DNA of 64,000 nucleotides from a virus. This document shows, piece by piece, positions 33,661 to 40,330 of this stretch. Below the pieces are notes generated by a model. That model had not been told where the DNA came from. It made no database searches and saw nothing but the letters and a program-made list of their open reading frames with translations. A program made the translations under genes and the position numbers. The stretch lies in the IMG/VR virus record IMGVR_UViG_3300045988_112440. The stretch is one strand, 5' to 3'. Within the stretch, counting starts at the first letter, position 1. The number at the start of each line of letters is the position of its first letter.

Positions 33661-33857
33661 TGAAGATCAGTTGTTCTGGCTAGATCGGGGATTGGCCGTT
33701 CATTGGCAAACGACAGGTATCATACCGGTAAAGGATGCCGAGCCAAATAGGAAGGGGAATAAGGTGCAAGCCGAGTAGCTGTCGGACGAATACCCTTCAG
33801 GTAGCCAGTAAACCGGAATGTAAAACAAATGTTGGCTGTTTCTGATCTTCTATATAA
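33661..33857 (+). ncRNA. 197-nt structured spacer (unclassified candidate ncRNA)
   Basis: Nested helices: 33662-33670/33842-33850 (9 bp), 33676-33682/33802-33808 (7 bp), and two internal arms. Confidence 0.35.
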
Positions 33858-33940
33858 GCTACCGTGGTGGAATGGCAGACACCGGAGACTTAAAATCTCC
33901 TGTCGGAAACGACGTGCCCGTTCAAGTCGGGTCGGTAGCA
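33858..33940 (+). tRNA. tRNA-Leu(UAA): tRNA-Leu (anticodon UAA), type II
   Basis: Acceptor GCTACCG/CGGTAGC. Anticodon stem GGAGA/TCTCC with loop CTTAAAA. Long variable arm. No CCA encoded. Confidence 0.85.
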
Positions 33941-33947
33941 TTGATAT

Positions 33948-34023
33948 CCGGGTGTAGCTCAGTTGGAAGAGCGCGTGCTTTGGGAGCATGAGGCCGCAGG
34001 ATCGTGACCTGTCACTCGGACCA
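33948..34023 (+). tRNA. tRNA-Pro(UGG): tRNA-Pro (anticodon UGG)
   Basis: Acceptor CCGGGTG/CACTCGG (C1-G72). D arm GCTC..GAGC. Anticodon loop TTTGGGA. CCA encoded. Confidence 0.85.
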
Positions 34024-34056
34024 ACCCGAAAGGGCATGTAGAATTTTTCATTCACA

Positions 34057-34110
34057 TTATTCCCAGCTCTCTGGAAACGGAGCAGTGTGACGTAGTAAGC
34101 TGGGCATATG
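34057..34110 (+). ncRNA. covarying spacer element, copy a
   Basis: ATTATT CCCAGCT [CTCTG-GAAA-CGGAG] CAGTGTGACGTAGTA AGCTGGG. Confidence 0.5.
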
Positions 34111-34112
34111 CT

Positions 34113-34183
34113 GCGCCATCGCCAAGCGGTAAGGCAGAGGACTTTGACTCCTCCATCACAGGTTCGACCCCTGTTGGCGCAAT
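34113..34183 (+). tRNA. tRNA-Gln(UUG): tRNA-Gln (anticodon UUG)
   Basis: Acceptor TGCGCCA/TGGCGCA (U1-A72). Anticodon stem GAGGA/TCCTC with loop CTTTGAC. T arm ACAGG-TTCGACC-CCTGT. Confidence 0.8.
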
Positions 34184-34187
34184 TTAT

Positions 34188-34269
34188 GCGGATATGGTGG
34201 AATGGCAGACACGCCAGACTTAGGATCTGGTGCTTCGGCGTGTGGGTTCGATGCCCACTATCCGCACCA
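34188..34269 (+). tRNA. tRNA-Leu(UAG): tRNA-Leu (anticodon UAG), type II, CCA encoded
   Basis: Acceptor GCGGATA/TATCCGC. Anticodon stem CCAGA/TCTGG with loop CTTAGGA. Variable arm TGCTTCGGCGT. Confidence 0.85.
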
Positions 34270-34319
34270 CGATCATAGAATGGTTGCGTACCGTTTGTTG
34301 ATCTCCTTTGACTGCCACT

Positions 34320-34375
34320 ATTATTCCCAGCTCACCAGTGATGGTGCAGTAGTGCTTTGTAAGCTGGGTGATTAT
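34320..34375 (+). ncRNA. covarying spacer element, copy b
   Basis: ATTATT CCCAGCT [CACCA-GTGA-TGGTG] CAGTAGTGCTTTGTA AGCTGGG. Confidence 0.5.
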
Positions 34376-34450
34376 GCAGCGGTCGTACAATGGTTAGTAT
34401 ATCAGCCTTCCAAGCTGAGGATGAGGTTTCGACTACCTTTCGCTGCTCCA
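34376..34450 (+). tRNA. tRNA-Gly(UCC): tRNA-Gly (anticodon UCC)
   Basis: Acceptor GCAGCGG/TCGCTGC. Anticodon stem TCAGC/GCTGA with loop CTTCCAA. Discriminator U. CCA encoded. Confidence 0.85.
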
Positions 34451-34545
34451 ATCTCGTATGGGTAGGATTTTTAGCGGTCAAATCCGGCTGCGCCTGTGCG
34501 AGATACCACCCCGAAAGGGGAGAGATATAGGAAATGTGCATCACT

Positions 34546-34600
34546 GTTATTCCTTCCTCGTCTATATGATATAGATGCAATAGTGTTTATAAGGAAGGTT
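34546..34600 (+). ncRNA. covarying spacer element, copy c
   Basis: GTTATT CCTTCCT cg[TCTATA-TGA-TATAGA] TGCAATAGTGTTTATA AGGAAGG. A further hairpin TCCCAGT/ACTGGGA follows at 34600-34633. Confidence 0.45.
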
Positions 34601-34637
34601 CCCAGTTGAATAGTTGCAGCTGTTTGACTGGGAATAT

Positions 34638-34714
34638 GGGATAGTAGCTCAGTTGGTCAGAGCTGGCGGCTCATAACCGCTTGGTCGCGAGTTCAAATCT
34701 TGCCTGTCCCACCA
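34638..34714 (+). tRNA. tRNA-Met(CAU): tRNA with CAU anticodon (elongator Met or Ile2), CCA encoded
   Basis: Acceptor GGGATAG/CTGTCCC (G1-C72, so not initiator-like). Anticodon loop CTCATAA. T arm GCGAG-TTCAAAT-CTTGC. Confidence 0.8.
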
Positions 34715-34808
34715 GCCCAATAGGGTATACATAAAATTTTTGTTTTATAAGCGATGAAATAATATGACGTTGATACGTCTATTATTTTTTCGCTCATTTT
34801 CGGAGATT

Positions 34809-34829
34809 TAGCTATGTAACACAGGATAC
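34809..34829 (+). promoter_or_regulatory. ACAGGATAC-core motif, reverse-type copy
   Basis: TAGCTATGTAACACAGGATAC. Ends 17 nt before GTG 34847. Confidence 0.6.
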
Positions 34830-34846
34830 TAAAAGGAGGTGGTTTG

Positions 34847-36386
34847 GTGAAACATTATGGAAGTATTTGCGAGATTGATGGTTCTAAGATTGAGCCTGTC
34901 TCGTGTATCACTGGTGGTTCACCTTGTTAGCCAAGACCTTTCTATTGCCGGTAAGCGGGCAGGTTTGGCTGGAGAACGGTCTGGTCTATTTATGGAAATG
35001 ATTCGTGTGATAAAGGAAATGAGGGATGCCACCAATGGAGAATGTCCAAAATTTGCAATCTGGGAAAATGTTAGAGGAGCACTTTCCTCAAACAACGGAG
35101 AAGACTTCCGATGCGTCTTGGAAGAATTTGCACACATCGTCGAAGCAGACGCTACAATTCCTAAACCTTCGGGAAAAGGCGGAAAATGGTCTAAATCCGG
35201 CGCAATTTCCGGTAATGGATGGTCTTTGGCATGGAGACTCTTTGATGCTCAATATTGGGGAGTGCCCCAACGTCGTCAAAGAATCGCGCTTGTCATGGAT
35301 TTTAGAGGACAACGTGCCGCAGAAATACTATTTGAGCGCACGGGCGTGCCAGGGAATCCTGACGAGAGCATCCCGACGTGGCAAAGCTTTGCCAGAATTA
35401 CTGAAGAATGCACTGCTAAAGATGATCGAGTGGTGGGAGAAAAAAGCTTTTGTATTGTCGGAAACATGATTGACAGAGAAACCAATATGAACGGGACTGG
35501 TGTAAAAGAAGATACTGCTTTTACTATAAACACTATTGACCGTAATGCTGTTGCCTATACTTTAAAGATTCGTTCAGGATGCGAAGGTGGTGGCAAAGGC
35601 GCACTGGTACAGACCGAGAAGAGTGCAACGCTTTCTACATTGCAAGATCAAACGCTAATCTGCTTGGCAGACAACACCTCTTTACATAATTTAAAACAAA
35701 AGATTTGTGTCTTGAATGATCAGGGCGGTAGTGTAATGAATGTTTCTTACGATATTGTAGGAACAATAAGAGCACAAGAGCATGGTCATCAACCAATTGT
35801 ATTTGAGAGCCATAGTCAAGATGCTCGATACACCCAGCAAGGTAATACAAGTCCGGCTTGTACGGCTCAATGGGGAACTGGTGGCAATAATATGCCGCTT
35901 GTTGCCGAAAAGAAAGCCTTTGCAATGCAACGCATTGGTGAATACAAGGAAAGTGAACAAGCTAGTACGATGAAATCTCGTGACTACAAGGATGCTACTG
36001 ACTTGATTGCAGAGAAGGAAACGAAGAATCTGCAATGGATTGTTCGTCGCCTGACTCCTGTTGAGTGTGAACGGTTACAGGGTTTTCCTGATGGATGGAC
36101 CGATATTGGCGAGTGGTTTGATGAGAATGGTAAAAAGCACAAACCTGCCGATTCTCCTCGTTACAAAGCACTCGGTAATTCAATCGCTTTGCCTCAGTGG
36201 TATTGGATTTTCCAGAAAATGAAACCGTATATCGGTGAAAATCCCACGCTTGGCAGTCTTTTCGATGGAATTGGTGGCTTTCCGCTTGTCTTTGAAAGTA
36301 TGTATGGTGATGGTGCTGCTATCTGGGGATCAGAGATTGAACCGTTCTGCGTTGCAGTAACGAAGAAGCATTTCCCAGAAGACTAA
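34847..36386 (+). pseudogene. C5 cytosine DNA methyltransferase, circularly permuted motif order, frame broken at the PCQ motif
   Basis: GTG 34847 (7 nt after AGGAGG) encodes MKHYGSICEIDGSKIEPVSCITGGSPC, then TAG at 34928. The +1 frame (track ORF 34857-36386) continues QDLSIAGKRAG, ENV, QRRQR, GNSI and ends with LFDGIGGF...SEIEP. Confidence 0.7.
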
Positions 36387-36423
36387 ATCTCATAAAAGGC
36401 TAATTCAAATAAGAGGTGACACG

Positions 36424-36630
36424 ATGAACAGCAAAATTCCTGTCAATGCAACCATCGATCCTGGCTCTTTGAGTATTCCGGCAAGTCCTATCTTCCAAAA
36501 GGAAAAGAATACATATCTTTGTCCGTTTTGTGTGACGAAGCTGGAGAAGTTCGAGCGTGAATGTTCTGATTGTCATCGCAAGATGGATTGGAGTAGGTTT
36601 ACTGAAAAGAAGGAGGAGATGTTCACTTGA
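36424..36630 (+). CDS. zinc-ribbon protein
   Basis: ORF track. SD AAGAGGTGA. CPFC...CSDC motif. Confidence 0.7.
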   Translation: MNSKIPVNATIDPGSLSIPASPIFQKEKNTYLCPFCVTKLEKFERECSDCHRKMDWSRFTEKKEEMFT

Positions 36631-36905
36631 ATATAGATTTCTTCCAACGGCGCAAGACTCAGCTTGAGGATACTCTTCTTTTGAAAAATCAGGCGGTCGA
36701 TATGCTTGATTATCTAAAGACGCATTGTATCAATAGCGACCAGTATTGTACCATTCGGGATTACATTGAAGAAGCTGCTAAGATTCTGGAGAGTGACCTC
36801 GAATACGCAAACAACAAGTTGCAATCCGCATTCAGACCTAAGTATGGTCGGAACAACAGACTGACTCGTGTTCAATCTAAAATGTTCCGTGATAGAGAAT
36901 ATTAA
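36627..36905 (+). CDS. hypothetical protein (TTG start)
   Basis: ORF track. TTG lies 8 nt after GGAGGAG. Confidence 0.55.
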   Translation: MNIDFFQRRKTQLEDTLLLKNQAVDMLDYLKTHCINSDQYCTIRDYIEEAAKILESDLEYANNKLQSAFRPKYGRNNRLTRVQSKMFRDREY

Positions 36906-36923
36906 AAATGGGGTGATGCCGCT

Positions 36924-37142
36924 ATGGTGATAAGTAAACATGTATGTAACTGGTGTGGCAAGGAATATTCCAAGAATCCTTGTGGAGATACAATCTCTAT
37001 GTATCACGAATTTGGTTATGAAAGCCCGACATGGGATGGTGCGAAGCTACAGTTCTCTTTGTGCCAGGAGTGCTCCGATAAGTTTGCAGGAGTACTCCGA
37101 GCGATGTTTACATACGATCCCATTGAAGATTCTCAGTGTTAA
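36924..37142 (+). CDS. Cys-rich small protein
   Basis: ORF track. SD GGGGTGA. CNWCG...CQEC motif. Confidence 0.65.
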   Translation: MVISKHVCNWCGKEYSKNPCGDTISMYHEFGYESPTWDGAKLQFSLCQECSDKFAGVLRAMFTYDPIEDSQC

Positions 37143-37288
37143 CGACCCGAAGGGTTGTTAAATATAAGCCATCAATAAACCAGACGGAGGATAATACATA
37201 AAATGAATAGTGCATGAATTGATTCAAGACAATAAAAAGAGACATAAGTGATTACAGATGAAACAAAATTACATAAAGGAGACTTGAT

Positions 37289-38389
37289 ATGGCAGATAGA
37301 ATTTTTAATCTTCCTCAGACCCGTGGTTCTTTTGAGATGGCTGGTAAGGTCACCGGCACCCAGCGTAGTAACTTCTACAACGAGAAGGAGACTAAGAGTG
37401 GTGCTATGCGCCGTGTCCTGAGCTTTGGCGTTCAGACCTCTAACGAAAACACTTTTTATGTTGATCTGGCTGGTATGCCTCGTGATAAGGTTTACTTCTT
37501 CCGCCGTGCCGATAAGGACAAGGGTATCGAGAAGGATAAGAAGGAAGTCGCTTGGAAGGATCGTCTGACTTATGTTGCACCGGAAGGCTATGACATGATT
37601 GGTGTTAAGGTCGGTGTCACCAAGAAGACGAATGAGTCTGGTAAGGTCGTCAATGATAACAAGACTCTGACCGACTTCGATGCAGCTAAGGAAATCTCCG
37701 AGAACCTGCATGACGGTGACAATGTGTATGTCCGTGGCAATATCGAGTACAGCACTTACAACGGTAAGCACCAGATTCGCTTTGTTCCTACTCAGGTGTC
37801 TCTGAGTTCCAAGGAAATCGACTTCGATGCAGAGGGTTTCGAGGAGCTGGCTCTGTTTACTCAGACCGTTGTGTACACTGGTTGCCGCAAGAGCGATGAG
37901 GGCGATGAAGTAATTGTCGATGCCAAGATTGTGAATTACAACACCATCGAGGACGCTGAGTTCTTCATTGACTATAAAGCAAACGCTCAGAATAAGGTTC
38001 TGGCCGATTCTATTCGTAAGCGTCTGAAGCCTTATACTAGCTTCGAGTGTTTTGGTCCCATCGTCAATCAGCAGAAGGTTGATGAAGTTGAGACTGAGAA
38101 TATCTGGGGCGGTCCCAACAAAATGAAGCGTCAGGGAACTCAGGCAGTTCGCAAGCTGTATATCGAGGGTGTTAATCCTGATTCCTTTGATCCGAATCCC
38201 GGCGACAAGGATGCAGAGCCCACTTACACTGAGGACAATATCTCCGAGGCACGGGCAAAGATTGCTGCCAACACTCAGGCTAAGAAGGACTTTGACGGCA
38301 AGGCTGCTGAGAACGACACTTCTTGGTGGGGTGGTTCTAATAAGTCTACTGTAACTCCTGAAGATGAGGAAGATATCAACTGGGGCTAA
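37289..38389 (+). CDS. single-stranded DNA-binding-like protein
   Basis: ORF track. SD AAAGGAGA. High-expression codon bias. OB-fold-like N-terminal half and acidic C-terminus PEDEEDINWG. First gene of the replication module. The functional call is an inference. Confidence 0.55.
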   Translation: MADRIFNLPQTRGSFEMAGKVTGTQRSNFYNEKETKSGAMRRVLSFGVQTSNENTFYVDLAGMPRDKVYFFRRADKDKGIEKDKKEVAWKDRLTYVAPEGYDMIGVKVGVTKKTNESGKVVNDNKTLTDFDAAKEISENLHDGDNVYVRGNIEYSTYNGKHQIRFVPTQVSLSSKEIDFDAEGFEELALFTQTVVYTGCRKSDEGDEVIVDAKIVNYNTIEDAEFFIDYKANAQNKVLADSIRKRLKPYTSFECFGPIVNQQKVDEVETENIWGGPNKMKRQGTQAVRKLYIEGVNPDSFDPNPGDKDAEPTYTEDNISEARAKIAANTQAKKDFDGKAAENDTSWWGGSNKSTVTPEDEEDINWG

Positions 38390-38404
38390 AAATTTTTTGC
38401 TTTT

Positions 38405-38424
38405 AACTAAGTGACACAGGATAC
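38405..38424 (+). promoter_or_regulatory. ACAGGATAC-core motif, reverse-type copy
   Basis: AACTAAGTGACACAGGATAC. Ends 36 nt before ATG 38461. Confidence 0.55.
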
Positions 38425-38460
38425 CAATAAAAGAAAAGATTTAGAGAGGAATTTACATAT

Positions 38461-39621
38461 ATGGCTATTGTTTGTGATGCATCTGCTATTCGTAAGAAGC
38501 TTCGTATGCTTGTGTATGGCGAGCAGGGAACTGGTAAGTCTCGATTTGCTATGCAGTTCTGCTACATGAAGACTCCTGAAGGTCGTCCGTTCCGTGTTCT
38601 GTATCTGGATACTGAGTCTGGTTCTATCGACGATTATCGTGAGGAACTGATGGAGAATGGGCTCGACCCGATGAATCTCCGTATCGTTTACACTCAGTCT
38701 CTCGCAGAGGTACAGGATTTCATTCATACCGTTGCTGACAACGAGGACTTCGAAGATGAGGATGGTAATGTTTGGCTGGACGCTGACGGTAAGCCTTTCC
38801 GTGCCGATGCTATCGTTGTTGACTCCGCAACCATTCTTAATCTGACTACGAAACAGGGCTTGACCAATTTCTCGCAGAAGCGTGCAAAAGTTAAGGCTGC
38901 AGCACAGGGTCTGACCGGTGATGAGAAGTCGGTGAAGATTGAGGGTGCTGGTATGGAGTTGAAGGATTATCAGCAGCTGAACTTTAAGGGTCAGTCCCTG
39001 ATTCTTGATCTGAATGCAACTGGCGTGAGCTACATCGTTATTTGCCGTGAGAAGGATGAGACTGAAACCAAGCTGGTGAATGGTTCTTCTGTGAGCGTTT
39101 CTACTGGCCGCAAGATTCCTGATGGCTTCAAGGGCCAGGAGTACAATGTCGGCACCGAGTTCCGTATGTACCATCCCGGCGATGATAAGTCTATCAACTT
39201 TGCTTATTTTGATAAGGATCGTACAGGTGTTCATAATGGCGGTGAGGTTGTCGAAGACCTGACTCTGCTTGAGTATCAGGAGTATCTTGACCGCTCTGCA
39301 AAGAACCGTGAGGTCATTATCAAGAATGGTCTGAATGATGCAGTTAAGACCGAGATGAAGCTTCGTGCTCGTGAACTTGGTCTTGATGACAATGACATCA
39401 GTGATGATGCTCCTGCAGAGAACGCCTCCGAATCCAAGGCGCCTTCTCTGGACGACATCAAGGCAAAGCTGAACGATCTGATTGCTTCCGCTTCTCCTGT
39501 GAAGAAGAGTGCAGCACAGAAGGCAGTTAAGGCGGCTGGTCTGTCTACCGCATTCCGTTCTATGACTGATATCGAGGAACTGAAGAAGGTTGCCGCAATC
39601 ATGGAGAAGGAACTGGCTTAA
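38461..39621 (+). CDS. RecA-superfamily ATPase (Sak4/AAA_24-like) with long C-terminal tail
   Basis: ORF track. Walker A YGEQGTGKS near the N-terminus, then LYLDTESG. Confidence 0.65.
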   Translation: MAIVCDASAIRKKLRMLVYGEQGTGKSRFAMQFCYMKTPEGRPFRVLYLDTESGSIDDYREELMENGLDPMNLRIVYTQSLAEVQDFIHTVADNEDFEDEDGNVWLDADGKPFRADAIVVDSATILNLTTKQGLTNFSQKRAKVKAAAQGLTGDEKSVKIEGAGMELKDYQQLNFKGQSLILDLNATGVSYIVICREKDETETKLVNGSSVSVSTGRKIPDGFKGQEYNVGTEFRMYHPGDDKSINFAYFDKDRTGVHNGGEVVEDLTLLEYQEYLDRSAKNREVIIKNGLNDAVKTEMKLRARELGLDDNDISDDAPAENASESKAPSLDDIKAKLNDLIASASPVKKSAAQKAVKAAGLSTAFRSMTDIEELKKVAAIMEKELA

Positions 39622-40313
39622 TGGAACTTACCCGTAAATGCAAGATTTGCGGGAAGAACATTTTCATCGAGCGAGACCGTAGCACTTTTTTTTACGACAA
39701 GACTGGTTTTTACCACAAGGATTGTTTTGTAGAAAAAAAGAAAAATCAAAAACGCCCTTGGACAGATGACCTGCTAAGGGCATTTTTTGACAAAATGAAA
39801 GATACTACGGATAAAAAAGTCGATGATCTTCTTTCCAAAAAGAGAGAGCAAGACCACAATCGTGAGCTTGCGCATATCAAACAGGAAGAAAAAAAGATTC
39901 TTTTCGACCATATTCGAGATACATACGCCCCAGCGGTTGTTCCTGGCAGCTTCTACTCGAAACTTACGCAGTTAATTTCCGGTAATTATTACAAATATAG
40001 AGGTTCTATTCCTCCGCTAGAACTTTACGATATGTGGGTTCTAGCAAAACCCCGACTAGATAAAATAATTGCCGAGAAAGAAGCAAAGGGCTGTGATATG
40101 AGTCAGCGATGGAATTACGACTTGGCTGTTTTATTGGCTCAATACCCTAGTTATCTCGAACGAAAAGAAAGACTTGCTTCGATTCGCAGTGAAAGCGAAG
40201 ACAAAACGAAGGAAAATCTGACTGAAACGGTACTGAAACGGATGAAAACAGCACCGAAACAGAGTAAAAACGAGAATGAAATTGATATAAATGCAATTCT
40301 CGATGAGATATAA
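39621..40313 (+). CDS. hypothetical protein (N-terminal CxxC pair)
   Basis: ORF track. TAATG overlap with the upstream stop. Confidence 0.65.
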   Translation: MELTRKCKICGKNIFIERDRSTFFYDKTGFYHKDCFVEKKKNQKRPWTDDLLRAFFDKMKDTTDKKVDDLLSKKREQDHNRELAHIKQEEKKILFDHIRDTYAPAVVPGSFYSKLTQLISGNYYKYRGSIPPLELYDMWVLAKPRLDKIIAEKEAKGCDMSQRWNYDLAVLLAQYPSYLERKERLASIRSESEDKTKENLTETVLKRMKTAPKQSKNENEIDINAILDEI

Positions 40314-40330
40314 AAGAGGGAGGTGGATGA

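Noticed and set aside
33661-33940. A group I intron associated with tRNA-Leu(UAA), as in cyanobacteria and plastids.
   Set aside because: The 197-nt structured segment lies between two complete tRNAs, not in the anticodon loop. I cannot find the conserved P7/P3 core or G-binding features. It is left as an unclassified ncRNA candidate.
34925-34955. TAG read as glutamine (stop-codon reassignment) at the methyltransferase ...GGSPC-TAG.
   Set aside because: This was tempting, because Q is the expected residue after PC. But continuing in that frame gives PRPFYCR and then TAA. The rest of motif IV (QDLSIAG) is in the +1 frame. A 4-nt insertion or frameshift explains it, and TAG recoding does not.
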